A DNA stretch of 63,847 nt, filler included, from Dirinaria sp. TL-2023a (GCA_051941275.1; 29 parts of 29 records of this genome joined end to end with filler, not necessarily neighbours in it); one strand, 5' to 3'; shown: positions 37,696 through 50,742, counted from the first letter of the whole stretch. Notes: generated from the sequence alone by a model not told the origin. Made by a program: numbers and translations.

Positions 37696-37955
37696 GGTAA
37701 GGCGGTACAATTTGTCATTGCAAACACAGCGTAGGAGCCTGCAACGGCTTTTTCCAAAGAGGACGGGTCGCTCATGTCCGCTTTTACAAGCTCAACCCCG
37801 CGCGCCTCGAGGTCGGTTGCAGCTGGCTTAGATACATCTCTTGTAATGCCGCGGAGTTGATATTCCTTTGAGAGCTTGGGATGTTGAAGAATAGATTTGA
37901 TCAAAGAGCCACCTTGGGCGCCAGTCGCTCCAAAAACGGTGAGGAGCTTAGACAT
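37696..37955 (-). CDS. NmrA-like NAD(P)-binding protein, first exon; 3'-truncated
   Basis: LLTVFGATGAQGGS, RGITRD, GVELVKADM, GSYAVFAMTN, then intron donor gtaccg at 37708. Confidence 0.9.
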
Positions 37956-39251
37956 TGTGGGCTCATGGACGAGTACAGGCCTAGATTTCGAATTCGAAAA
38001 ATCACTCGCTCCTGGCGTCTTTACCTGATTGCGAAGTATCTCGGAGTCTTTAACAATTAAAAGATTTCAAGGAGAAAATTAGATAGTAGAAGGGTGACAA
38101 ATTAGTGGCCTACAGCTATGATTTCTCAGCAATCACCGGGTATCGGAAACATAGCGTGCCGAGGGACTCGAAGGGTGCGTAGACCACGACGCCATTGGCT
38201 GTCTTCCTCGAATCTCCCTACAAATAGCCTCGCGATCTGTTCCAGGACTCGATGGTAGGGGTGACTGCTGGATGATTTACGAAAGCGCTTCATTACGCAG
38301 CTGTCGTAGGCAGGCTGAGAGGTCCACGGGGTTTCAGGCAGCCGTATTCGATTGAGAGAGGAACAGGAGCCGACTTCTCCTTCTGCAAAGCCTAGAAATC
38401 CCATTCCAAGGTGTACAGAAGAATCGGACCCTTCTCTTATCTTAGGTGCGTTACAAAAAGCTCCTTTGGAAGCTTCCTGATGGGGTCGTTCTCTGCCATG
38501 CCAAGACGCGCTAACCTATTCGAGGTAAGGGATCTCAGTCCTTCCGCTTGCCATGACGCGCCCACCAGAGAGATCGATCCAGATCTAAGTGAAAAGGCAA
38601 AGTACCCCGACATGTAGGCTGTGACAGCCTCACTCTTTCTGATCGAACCCAACAACAGCATTGCTTTCCTTCACCGCCATACTGACACAAAAAGCATCAT
38701 CCTGTCTCACTCTCGCTCGTACAAGGATGCCAGATGACAGAATGAAACGGCTCTCCCCATGCCTTCACCGTTGGCTCAGAAAGAATAAGATCGGCATTGA
38801 TGCAGCAAATATGGTCCAACGTCTCGTATAGCTTCGAGCTTGTAGTGACATGCATAACCCGACACTGGTCTAGTCCGGCTGTTCTTGCAGCTGATCGTGA
38901 CTTGGCGAAGGCCAAGTGCAGCCTTCTCGAACGCGCACAGCCTCGTGATATACCCAACATTCATTGGTCATTATGCCACGATGTTGCAGAAGAATCTTGC
39001 AGTAGCGGCTCGCCTATCTCTTCCACATTACGCATTCATGTCTTCTTCGTCTGGAAAGCGCATTTCCTACCTCAGGTTTTGTCGGTGTGTCTGCGCTGCT
39101 CGTTGACCCATAGCCCAGCCTTGCTGTCAGCCCATGTCTTACATCTTCCAAAAGCAAGCAGGTCGTGACTCCTTATTCTCATAAATCTATCTTCTGTACA
39201 GTTCTCCATCGTACACCTTGAGAAAGTTGGAATATAGTTCAACACTCTAGC

Positions 39252-39789
39252 ATGCTGTCTAAATTTGTTAGGTCCAGATTGACCGGCGCAATGTACTTAT
39301 TAGCGCTTCTCCATCTTTTCAGCATTCCTGTCCTTGCTAGGCTCGGCGCTAGCACACAATGCTGTGTTCTGGCTTTACAGAACTCTGCGTATGTCGACAA
39401 AAGCATACCGCAGAGCGACTACCGATGCGATCAAGTGTATAGTCCACTTCTATCCCCAGCTCCAGCACTGTCAGTCCCCACCAAATGGTGCCTGGCTCAT
39501 TGCGGAGGATATCATTTGTTTTCACCGAACGAAACTGCCGCTTGGGCAAACCCACTAGCACAATATATCCTTCCAGCTGTCGTTTTCAGTATGACCATAC
39601 CTCGCCGCTTGGCCTTCGAACCCCCAAGATGGTTTTTCGACTTCAGTCCCCATCACGCAAACGGCCTAATCAAGGCCATGTTTTCTTTGTGCATAGCGGG
39701 CTTGGTAGTGACGCTTGATACTGCCATGTGGATATGCACGATCATGACTGCTTCAGGCCCGTTTCTGTTCAGCGGCCTCGTTGAGGCTG
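39252..39789 (+). CDS. Fungal hypothetical membrane protein with signal peptide (likely start 39291); 3'-truncated
   Basis: Hydrophobic N-terminus, Cys-containing ectodomain (QCC..C..WC..HCGGY), then TM segments (QYILPAVVFSMTIPRR). Confidence 0.7.
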
Positions 39790-39981
39790 NNNNNNNNNNN
39801 NNNNNNNNNNNNNNNNNNNNNNNNNNNNNNNNNTTAATTAATTAANNNNNNNNNNNNNNNNNNNNNNNNNNNNNNNNNNNNNNNNNNNNATATTAGGTAG
39901 GGTGATGGTTATTTATTATGTACAACTAAGGAGCTGCAGGTAGTGAGAGACTGTAGCGAAATAGAAAACTGAACAAAGAAA

Positions 39982-40005
39982 TGGATGGGATGGGATGGGA
40001 TGGGA
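39982..40005. repeat. (GGGAT)n microsatellite
   Basis: ggatgggatgggatgggatgggat. Confidence 0.8.
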
Positions 40006-40691
40006 TATCCCATCGCGGTTGAAGAGACAATTAGCTTGGACCACTACTACTACACTGCTAAGTGCTAAGGCGTTGCACGATTGATCGTTTGCAGGCTGGA
40101 ACTCAAAAGGGGAAAGAACGGGGTGATTTAAATGCCAAGACATAGGCTAGAGTACCTATTTTTAGACATCTAGAACCGAGCTAGTACCTTAGTACGGACG
40201 AGAGGTACGAGTACGAGTAGTCGAGTACCTGCATTACTTTACTTTCCATGTACAGAGAAGTACGGAGTATCACTCCGCAGTAACTTCTCTCTCTCGAGAG
40301 GGTCATGACATCTCAATCCTCGCTACTTAATAAGCGGGTATAGTAGAGATTTTGATTCATAATGCTTTGAGATATCGCTATCCTCGTACGAGTAGCGATG
40401 ACTGCTCTGAATATCTATGTGAGCGTTCAATCTCTTCGATGATTTCGTTGGCGTATACGAAGATGCTCGGAGCTCGTGGGATATGAGTGAGGGGGGGTTA
40501 ATTAGAAGGGATCTTGGATTCTGAGGGACTCAGAGAAAAAGACAGTAAGCAATGCTAAGATGCAGGAAACAGTTCTTTCGGAATTTGGCACTTCTGTTAT
40601 GAGTGCGAATCTGGGTGTAGGTACATACTTGACACGAAGTACTTTAACCCAAGATACAGATAAGTGACTTGTACACTACTTTCAAGTAGCT

Positions 40692-41654
40692 CTATTGAAA
40701 CACGATCACGAAATTCTTTCCTTTACCACTACCCATCTTTTCATACGCGCCAATCGCCTCCTCGATCCCCACCTTCTTCAAGTCGGTCTCCCTCGCAGTC
40801 GTCAAGTTTCCACTCTCAAATCCTTCTCTCATCTCCTCTAGATCCTTCGCCGTCTCCGCCATCGTCATCAATAATGAATTGCACCCCACAATGGCGAGCT
40901 CCTGACGATATGCATATTTCATATCTATCGCCAACTCGGTCGAGCCTGCCTTCGGCGCGGTAATGAACGCGAATCGACCTCGTGGCGCCAGACACATCAA
41001 CGCCGCCTTCATCAAATCCGGCGTGCCCACGGTATCAATGACTACGTCCGGGCCTTTGCCGTCTGTCAAATCTCTGGCAGTCTTCAATTGCGGATCCGAA
41101 ACCAGATTCACATCTGCAGTATCCCTACGCGCGGCACCGAGGACTTTGCAACCTCGATTGCGTGCCAGCTGACACGCCGCCGAGCCCACCGCGCCTGTTG
41201 CGCCAAGTACGAGCACCGTATCCGTTGGTCGAAGCATGGCGCGGTGGAGCGCCAGTGCCGCCGTCGTGAATGGTACGCCGACCGTCGCTGCCTGTGTGAA
41301 ACTCAGGTTCGAAGGCTTTTTGGCAATTGCATCGCACGGAACGATAAGGTACTCCGCGTGGGTGCCGTCGGTTGTGAAACCTAGAGCGTCGCCGCTGGTC
41401 CCATAGACCTCTTGGCCTATGTAATCCGCAGGGCCATCAGTGATGATACCGGCGTAGTCGCGGCCGGGGACACGGGGATAGGTGGTGTGCGGAAAGGCGC
41501 CATGGGCGTTGCCGACATCGCTGGGGTTGATGCCTGCGGCGCGGACTTTGACGAGGACGCTGTCTGGAGGGAGAGATGGGATGGGCAAGCTAGTCAGGGT
41601 GAGGCTATCGCCAGCGGAGTCGAGGCGAAGTGCGTGCATAGAGTCTTTACTCAT
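40692..41654 (-). CDS. MDR-family (GroES-like, quinone-oxidoreductase type) NADPH oxidoreductase, complete and intronless, 320 aa
   Basis: VLVKVRAAGINPSD, PRVPGRDYAG, DGTHAEY, KPSNLSFTQAA, VLVLGATGAVG, GPDVVIDTVG. Confidence 0.93.
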   Translation of the reverse strand: MSKDSMHALRLDSAGDSLTLTSLPIPSLPPDSVLVKVRAAGINPSDVGNAHGAFPHTTYPRVPGRDYAGIITDGPADYIGQEVYGTSGDALGFTTDGTHAEYLIVPCDAIAKKPSNLSFTQAATVGVPFTTAALALHRAMLRPTDTVLVLGATGAVGSAACQLARNRGCKVLGAARRDTADVNLVSDPQLKTARDLTDGKGPDVVIDTVGTPDLMKAALMCLAPRGRFAFITAPKAGSTELAIDMKYAYRQELAIVGCNSLLMTMAETAKDLEEMREGFESGNLTTARETDLKKVGIEEAIGAYEKMGSGKGKNFVIVFQ

Positions 41655-42083
41655 GGTAGATGTTCAAGGTAGAGAAGGGAGAATGAGGGGCAGAGCAACA
41701 GCATGGACGTCCGCATTGTTTATGTAGTCGATTGGCCGTCGCGATAATGGTCTATTTTTCTCGCTTTCCTGCCATATGGAGTCCCGACACAATCGCCCTA
41801 CGCTTCTCTTGTATTTTCTACTACCGTAACAGGCTCTAACGACTTTCGATATCGCTAAAGTCAAGGTAGGACTGCAGAACTTTAATTACGTGCAGATGAA
41901 TCAGCGGCGCAACGGCCCGGGATTTTCAATTCCGCTTGGCTTTCGTCATTGTCATAATATTTAATTGATGGATGATCAGCGGCNNNNNNNNNNNNNNNNN
42001 NNNNNNNNNNNNNNNNNNNNNNNNNNNTTAATTAATTAANNNNNNNNNNNNNNNNNNNNNNNNNNNNNNNNNNNNNNNNNNNN

Positions 42084-42730
42084 CCCCAAATGGAAAATGA
42101 TTCGATACGGGCGGCATTTTCCGGACCGATCTGCGCGACAAAGGCCAAAGCCAAAGCAAGCTGTTCACAACGCGTCCCAGAGAATAAATCCGAGATGAAG
42201 AAGAAGTGGTTCTCGGAATACAAGACACTTGCTGCTTCGGCGGCCACAGATTTGCACGTGGGAAGTAAAGCCACGGGAAAATCAAGTCTGTTGCTGGCAG
42301 CGAGGCAGCACTTAGTATCGAGATGATGGCTAGTGTTGCTATCGTTCTGTAAAAGTGTATCAGTGACTTTGCAAGCCATGCTAGGTTCTCAGTATACCTC
42401 TTCATCGGACATGTGGTCACGTAGGCGAGAGTAGTGCCGACTGGCCTTATGGGGTTTCTTATCATCGCTAATTCCACTATCATGAGTGCTCTGAGAGCTT
42501 TTTAATAAGCTTGCACGCCGCGATGGCCTCAGCACGGAACCGACTGTCTCTTGCCACCATGAAACTTTGTCGGACCAATGCTGGATTATGTAGATTAATC
42601 TATCAGGGATCTTTTCGTGGCTGAATACGAAAAGAAGCTTGTAGATCATGTTGCGGATTTCAGCTGGAAAAGGTAAAGGATGGATTTCCGAGGCCAAAGA
42701 ACGAGCTGAAGTGGCCATTGAGACGGCCAT
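42084..42730 (-). pseudogene. F-box-like fungal hypothetical protein with one in-frame TGA; 3'-truncated
   Basis: PFPAEIRNMIYKLLF and LLPTCKSVAAEAASVLYSENHF lie in one frame, separated only by TGA at 42391-42389. Confidence 0.72.
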
Positions 42731-44276
42731 GGTTGAACTTGGAATGTTCGCAAACTAGGGTTGTCATGGAGTACTTCAAAGCTTGCTAAAGAGGAAAATG
42801 TAAAGTCGAGGATAAATAAGGCAAACGCTTTTCTTCTTCTGGTGATAGAAATAGTTGAGTGTCAAGATATAAACTCAGTTGCTCAACACGAGTGTTATCA
42901 GGACAGATGTTGCAGACATGGGAGTTTGGATGCTCTCTGCGGCATCATCCAACACATGCTCGAGTGCTCAGAATCTTTATTTCATTCCGACTCCTTCGAT
43001 CCGTCTTGTACATAATTCTAGTCAACACCGTCAATACGAACACATTCCAGTTAACCTTGTTCAATTAAGTCACCCTTGTGACATTCAGTCATGCAATTCT
43101 CGAAGCATGAGCATCACCAGTGTCATCAACTAGCGGCGATCGTTTTCAGTGCCAATTGAGTCATAGACGGTGAAGCGTCGACATCAAATGAAATTATCCA
43201 TATATATGATCCTCAAATTGTTAGTAGCAGCAGCGTCCTATAAAGATCACAATAGTAATAGCGCTTGGTACAGTCATACCTATTGAACAGAAGAAAGCAT
43301 AATTTTTCATCCGTGGAGGATCAATACTAGTCGAATAATATGTTCTACATGCTTGTGAAGACAGAGTTCTGTATAGAATTCCAAAAAAAAAAAAAAAAAA
43401 AAAGACTTTTCGCTTCATCAAACTCTCTGCTGAGTCGGATGATCCTTGCTTGAGATGATGAGACTCCGGCTAGAAATGGAATAAGAAGAAGTTCCACTCA
43501 CCAACCTAAGTACTGAGCTTTGAGACTTGTTAGAACCCAACCATGCTTCATGGTGGTACACCTCCTCTACGGCCTGCTTGTGTATAGTAATGCAGGGAGT
43601 TCGAAATACAAAAAAAACTTCGTGCTGGATAAAGCCCAACAACGAAGAGTGACAATATTGATCCCTGATTCCCACCAAAAAAAAAAAAAAAAAAAAAAGT
43701 ATGTCGTATCTTTCATTTAAAGTCTGTCTCGTCTTCTGCTCTTCGTTATCACTGGCACCCTTATTCGGAGCAGAACTACGTGCCAGCTATTGTCGGCTTC
43801 CAAACCTTTGTGAAATAGATTCTCCATCAGCGCTGCAAACGGTTTTGCCTTCCGACAAGCTACACTCTGATACTGTTTTGTAGAACTTAGGCGGCCAAAA
43901 GCGAGGATGACCAATCATTCGAGATTGCTGAAAGAACGCGTTTCAGAACAAATCACATGACCCAAATTCCTTGGCACAATGACATCACAGATCACATGCT
44001 AATCCACCCGGGGCAGCCTTATCTCGCTCCCGCATAATAAACAGCTGTAAAATCCCCATCTCCAAACTCTCTTAACCTGTCTGTCTAAATTACCCTCACC
44101 AAAAAAATAACCCTTAGCACCAGTATTTACCAAAAACAAACCCTTCGCCCAGCATGCAATCAATCAAGTAAGTAAGNNNNNNNNNNNNNNNNNNNNNNNN
44201 NNNNNNNNNNNNNNNNNNNNTTAATTAATTAANNNNNNNNNNNNNNNNNNNNNNNNNNNNNNNNNNNNNNNNNNNN

Positions 44277-45720
44277 GTTCAAATATCAAGGAGTGCCGTT
44301 CTTCAATTACAGGATTCAGTAGAGCTCACCCAAGAGAGAGCCATTTGTATGGTCTGTTCCTGGATAAAGGGTTTTCTCATGCGCAGGGCTATGATCACAA
44401 TCTGGCGTCAGTATGGGTACTAGAATCTCTCTCCCGCGAAAGTGAAGCGTCTCAGGAAGCGTTTGCCATGCTGTATATTATCGCTTTCATGGACTCCGAA
44501 TGCATATCGGAAGAGCTCTTGCGGCCGGACCCTAAAAGGAACCAGCTACTCAAATATCCTCACACTGAGCCTGACCTCTTTCAGAGACTCAGAATTCTTC
44601 TAAATGCCTCACTTGTGGAGAGGGGCCCTAGCGAGTCGGACATCAAGGTTCACCGAATGGTTCAGCAAGTCGTCCGTGCAAAAGTTTCAAAAGACCCTCC
44701 CCTTGCTGAAAAAGTTTTTCATGATGTGCTCGCCAGGGTATCAATGTATTGGCCGTACCTTGACCGGATCTTCGTCGCTGGTACGCAAGCGAAAGTAGAT
44801 CTATGGCCGAGATGTGCCGAATTGCTTCCACACGTGTTAAGTGTAAGTCGAGATTATTTCGAGCTCAGAGATATAGGTAGCGTCTCCCAACCGAGTCTTG
44901 ACCTTGCAGAATTGCTTTACGAAGCCTCCAAGTAAGCGAGTAAGCCCTATCATTCACGAAGACTCTCTTTGACTAATTACAGCTATCACATCGAGCGAAA
45001 CGATCCTAGCTAAGCCACGCAGTTGCTCGATCTTGCCTGTTCGATATGTCCCTCCATAAAGGGAAGGACTGATTTGACGGAATACCATCTACGTATATGG
45101 CGAGGCAGGATAGGGGTGGCTTTCTTGACTCGAAATCAGGTCGAATACCACAAACATGCCGAGAAGTGTTACAAGGTCGAAATGGGCTTTTACGAAAAGC
45201 ATGCCCAATTATCCGTTGGGTTGGCAACAGCGAACCTCCACATGGGTATCGCCTACAACATGAAGTCCCTCTATTGGGAAGCAATACCTTTTCTGGAAGA
45301 GTCTGCAAGAGTTCGAAGAGGACTGCCCTGCTTTAAGAACGATTGGCTATTTAGCCCCATGTATCAACTTGCACACTCGCACCTTCATCTTGGGGATTAC
45401 GCCAAGGCTGCAGAGCTCTTAGAAATGGCGATAGACGATCGTTGGGAAGTGCTAGGAGAAAATGACCGTTTTTCTGCGAGGTTAATGAAAACCATTACAA
45501 GGGCGCTTCAGAGAATTGGCATTCACAGGACTGGAGCTCTTTTCTATACGCTTGGCGATGTGAAAAATCATCAAGAACAATTTGATCAGAGTTTATCACT
45601 TTATCTCAAAGTCGAAATTCACTTCAGACTGACAGCAGAATCTACAAATTTGAGAACATTGCATTACGAATTCAAGATGGCGGCTCATTATGCCAGACTG
45701 TGTGATTATGAAACGGCAAG
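44277..45720 (+). pseudogene. NLR-like (post-NB-ARC winged helix + TPR) gene fragment with an in-frame TAA
   Basis: LASVW, IIAFMDSECISEELL, LLNASLV, VHRMVQQVVR, then TPR-like helices. Introns at about 44932-44982 and 45481-45528. TAA at 45011-45013 in the spliced frame. Confidence 0.78.
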
Positions 45721-46465
45721 GTGAAGCTTCCGCTTCCGTATACGTAGGCATGGTGTTGATTATCTCGACGGGACCTGTCTTGACGAAGTCCTTTATCATT
45801 ACGATCTCGAGCCTCATGCACGTCGACACGTATGCTGAGCTGCATGGCTGTACTCACAGTGCCTATCGTCGACTGAGGAGGATTTTCCCCCTCTGCTTGA
45901 TAAAGCAATTCAGGTCTTCAACGAAATTTCACCAAACGATCCAAGGACTGCATATTCGCTGACAGAAATAGATGCTGGGAGCTTAGTCTCGTATGATTAT
46001 CTGTAATATGTGTTGCTGATGACTATCAGATAATGTTGAATATGAAGGTCATTGAGCCGCAATGGCATGAGAATGTGAGGACGGACACAAAAGCGCTTGC
46101 ACATCTTCTGCAAAGATGCAGTACGTGCATTAGCTTGAGTTGGCCTGTTTCTACAGCCTTACCTTAGTCCAACGAGAGGCAAATGTTGTGGCTTATTTCG
46201 AGCCCGCTTACCTATTGATATTCGCCAAGGTCAAAGTTCAAACCCACCCACCTCTCTTTACGATTACCCTGCTTCGATCTTACCGCTGTTGCATTCAGAA
46301 TCCACGTTGATAGAGACCTAAGGTATAAGTTCACCTTGATGTATCCGTTTCTGTGATGCCAAATANNNNNNNNNNNNNNNNNNNNNNNNNNNNNNNNNNN
46401 NNNNNNNNNTTAATTAATTAANNNNNNNNNNNNNNNNNNNNNNNNNNNNNNNNNNNNNNNNNNNN

Positions 46466-48085
46466 ATTCGACAATGACAGCAAACAAACGCATATATTTC
46501 GCAGTGTCGCGCTCAGCGATCAGTCACGAAACAGTCGTTTGATACACGTCGACAAATATCAAAGATCATAAAAAGACGATCGATGCGAAGCTTCGTTTTA
46601 TACAAAACAGAGAGTTTCGTCAGATCACAGACGTTTATAAAACGACGTCAACAAAGACATTACAAATAAAAATCAACACGACGCTCATCGACATTCATCT
46701 CAAAAAATTGTTTCAGAGATCAATAATAAACATGAACGCAAAAGACTCGAAAAAAACGATCGAAACAACGATGACACGCATAAAACGCGACATAAATTTT
46801 CGAAAAAATCGTAAATCAAAGCTCAAAACGACGTCATTTGAGCTCAAAAAAAATGAATGCGTCAAAAATTGAGTGAAAAGTTTACGTCACGACGACAAAT
46901 TTATATCGCGACATCATGAGCGAAATTTTCGAGAGTAATTATTCAGAATGAGACATTAACAACAAAAAATCACAACGCGAACAAATCAAATTCATATTGA
47001 ACAGTTTATTCGAACGAAAATGATCGAGACAATGATGTGATCGCAGCTGCAGTCGACGCGAATTGAAAACAAAAAAACGTTTTGAAAAAAACGACATAAC
47101 ATTAACACATCACGAAAAACTCGAGAAACTCATTATCGAAACTGAGAAATTGACAACTCACTGCGAAAAAAGTGACAACTGCGTAGACAAAGTGTATAAA
47201 ATTTAATCAGACAGTTAAATCTCATTAAAAATCATACACACAATGATCTCGACAGTAAATCAATCACGTTTACGACGCATACAAAACGCGTGCGAAATCA
47301 TACGAGAAAAAAAATTTCACTCGAACTTCATTGAATATTCGATCACAGAGAAATAAAAAACAATGAAAAAACGAATAAAATAATCAGCGAGACACACAAA
47401 TATTCGCTGCTCGATCAACTGACGTGTGATTTTATTGTCAAAACATCGCTGATTCAAAAACAAACTCGCGCAGAATGACAAAGAAAATGAAAAAAAAAAA
47501 AAAACATCAACGAAACTCATTATCGCGCGTTGACGTTTACGATAATTCAGCGTCATATGCGATTTCACGATAATCGAGCGAAATCACACAGCGTTTTGTT
47601 TACATAGCTGAGAACGAGTAAAATAAATTTCAATCAATTTTTAAACGAGCGACTCGTCTCTGAAATGATCACAAAGATCTGCGACTGCGAACAAAATCGT
47701 ATGACAGTCAGACACGTGTTATTAACGTGTTTTACGTGAAGACAAAAGAGACTAAAGATGCAACGAAAAACGAATAACATCACAAATGTGAGAAAACTGC
47801 TCCATAACGTCATTGATGTCACAGCGACGATACGCATGATTTTATTCACTGATTTACTCAGTCAATTTCAGACGATTGCTCTCTCTTCAGATTTTTAAAC
47901 TCATAAAATTCTCGCATGAAAGATTCTCTAGTATTATGAATAAAGAAAACTGCACGTAACAAGAAAAGAGTCGACGCAGCGCTGACGCGCCGTCGATATA
48001 AGTATATAGATCTCGCATAGATCTTTTGTGAATGTTGAATCGAGTAAGAAAAAAAAACAAACAAAAAAAATCAACAAACAAAAAA
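46466..48085 (+). mobile_element. Tad1-like LINE 3' half with A-rich tail, heavily hypermutated; same family as 35500-37595
   Basis: Collinear with the reverse complement of 35500-37100; ends gttgaatcgagtaag followed by an A-rich tail. Confidence 0.92.
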
Positions 48086-48654
48086 TTAAATCGTTCAACG
48101 AAATTAACAAACAAAACAAAAATATCGTTAGAGAGTCAATTGATCAAAATCAATAATAAAATTAAATTAAACAAAAAAGACTATTTAAACAAAATATATA
48201 AATCAGAGAAAAAATTGTCAAACTGACGAATTTAATTTTCTCAAATTCGAGTGACAAATCAACTCAATCACTCATTGATCATACACATCATATAATCAAT
48301 TTTGTCGACAGCGATCACAAACTCGTCGAGAAATTTGATTATTTTATCATCAGTTAAGTCAAGAAAATCACAAAAAAATATCAACTCTCAAAACTTATCA
48401 AAACGAAAAACAGCATTAACACGAGATTCAAAAACTTTTCAACTAAATCATTCTCAGAAAACTGAGCAATCGATAAAACGTCAATTGTAAAAATCAATGA
48501 GAATTTTGTCAAACGAGTATTAAATTGATCAATCAACGTATTCAACAACATTATNNNNNNNNNNNNNNNNNNNNNNNNNNNNNNNNNNNNNNNNNNNNTT
48601 AATTAATTAANNNNNNNNNNNNNNNNNNNNNNNNNNNNNNNNNNNNNNNNNNNN

Positions 48655-48680
48655 TCCTCCTCCTCCTCCTCCTCCTCCTC
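48655..48680. repeat. (TCC)n microsatellite at contig start
   Basis: tcctcctcc run directly after the linker. Confidence 0.85.
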
Positions 48681-49332
48681 TTCCCGTCTCCCTCTCTCTC
48701 TCTTCTCCCCCCAAAAATAAATTTCCTAGGAGGAGGAGCTGGAAAACGTCATTATTTACAATTTTTTTTTTGGAACGATATTTCGGGTTCCGGCACCCCC
48801 CTTGCGGTTTTTTGATGGAAGCCCGCAAGACCTCGGCGAGGAACAAGGCATAAGAGCTTTTTTCTTCTTTTTTGGAAATGAGGGAAGATGTAATCATTGG
48901 GTTTTATCATTGATAGAGTATCTAAACCCTCCTTGACCAAAGGGCCCTCAACGCATCATTTCCCACGCATCCGTTCATACTTTTTGGATACTTCATAGGC
49001 CCCATGCAGATTTCCAGCATACCTATGGTTCCACCCTAAAACTCCCCCATAAGACTACACAGCAGGAAAGAAGTAAGGGGATTTCCGCCATCTGCGCCAT
49101 TTATGAAGCCGTTCCAGTTTTTCGCCCTTTCAACGGGGTTGAGTGAACTGCATCACAAACTGCATGTGGTGTAGAAAGGGGGAGACAAGGGAGAAATAAC
49201 CTAGGTTGATAGGCCGTCGCAACGTGCTCGATGCTCTTCGTTCGACTTGCATGCGCTGATCGGCCAACCAGCCCCATGAAGCCTTTTTGCACAAAGAGCG
49301 TTTGTCGACACAAACCCCCCTTCGATCTCGAT

Positions 49333-50494
49333 TTACCATTCGAACTCGCCAGTGGCTTTGTGGAAGACATATCTATGATTATTAGCGAGAGTTTCATGGC
49401 TCTTTGGAGGTTGAAGGCAGGGTATACTCCTTGCCGCCAGTGGTCAAAACCCCGTCTTTCAGGGTACACTTCCACTTGTTCTTTACGCGCGCAACCTTGT
49501 CGTAGGTGCACACCATGATCTGCCCCTGTGGCCCTTCCTCAGGATCCTGTTCCACAATGTTATCGTCCGGGTCGTCTAGATCAGAATTGATCGCATCTTC
49601 ATCATCTTCGAGGTCATCCTCGTCTTTGATCCCGGCCTTGCCTTCGTCGTCCGACTCGCCTAAGCCATCGAGCTGAGGAACCTTCGTTTTACGAGGCGTA
49701 TTACTCGTCTGCAGTGCCGCGTGAGCTTTGTACGAGGATGGCGTAAGTTCAGCAATGGCTACCTTGCGCTTCTTGGCCTGCGGCTGATTGGCTCGCTCGG
49801 ACAGCGGCATCATCAAACCTCCACCTTCCATATCATGGCTCATCTGCTCAAGCCGGTCGCGCAGGGTCAAGTCCGCCTCATGCATGGCATTTGGATTCTC
49901 CAAGGCTGCAGCACGACGCTGAGCAACCATCTCACTCCATTCGCCAGCGCCGTCTGTTTGCGCATTACCCACGATGGGCCTCTGTTGAGCCTGCTGAGCC
50001 TGTTGCATCTGTTGTGACTGTCGCTGGCGTTGCTGAGCGGCGTATTCCCTCCTCTGCTGCTCCGACAGTTGTGGAGGAAGCTGAATATTGCCGGGGTTTG
50101 GCGAGGGCCGTCCGCCAGGGTAAGGACTGTGGGCTTGACCAGTGAGTTGACTCACTTGCAGGTCTGCATCTGTGCCAAACTTCTGCTTCAGAGCCGCTGC
50201 TGCGCGCTGTTGGGCTTCTTTATTGTCGTAGTTCAAGTTCGGCTGATAGCCGCTAAATGCAGGAAGCGGAGAGTGATCGGTGTCGGGTTCAGATTTGATA
50301 CGCACATTCCCGGCACCGGCAGGGGCAGGAGCGGCAGCCGAAGGTGTCTGCGCATTCGAGCTTGACTGTGCGTTGATAGGCTTCGGTCCATTTGAGGGCA
50401 CTGTGGCAGCCATGGGCTGCGGAGGCGGAGGTGCTGGGGTTGGCTCCCAAGGGAAGGATGCGACATGGAGATTGCTGAGCTTCGTCTGCCATGT
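49333..50494 (-). CDS. TOA1: Transcription factor TFIIA large (alpha/beta) subunit, 5' exon(s) missing
   Basis: TWQTKLS, QTDG/QLDG cleavage-type motifs, DAINSDLDD, IMVCTYDKVARVKNKWKCTLKDG. Intron 49373-49427 gives the terminal EYVFHKATGEFEW*. Confidence 0.96.
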
Positions 50495-50623
50495 CTGCAT
50501 GAGATGATATTAGCATATTTAAAGAGCAGAGCATAGATGCAGAACCCAGAAAACCCGGGAGATGCTGGCTTGTATTGAAAACAGAACGGATTAAGTGTAA
50601 GAAACACGGGAAGAGCTTCGCAT

Positions 50624-50742
50624 CGGGTCGTCTAGATCAGAATTGATCGCATCTTCATCATCTTCGAGGTCATCCTCGTCTTTGATCCCGGCCTTGCCTT
50701 CGTCGTCCGACTCGCCTAAGCCATCGAGCTGAGGAACCTTCG
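50624..50742. repeat. Exact 119-bp duplicate of 49568-49686 (TOA1 coding sequence) at contig end
   Basis: cgggtcgtctagatcag...gaggaaccttcg is identical at both positions. Confidence 0.95.

Noticed and set aside
48086..48554. Second LINE RT fragment after the A-rich tail
   Set aside because: Only faint motif echoes (SFSEN*..K..N*SINVFN) in very A-rich sequence; not supportable.
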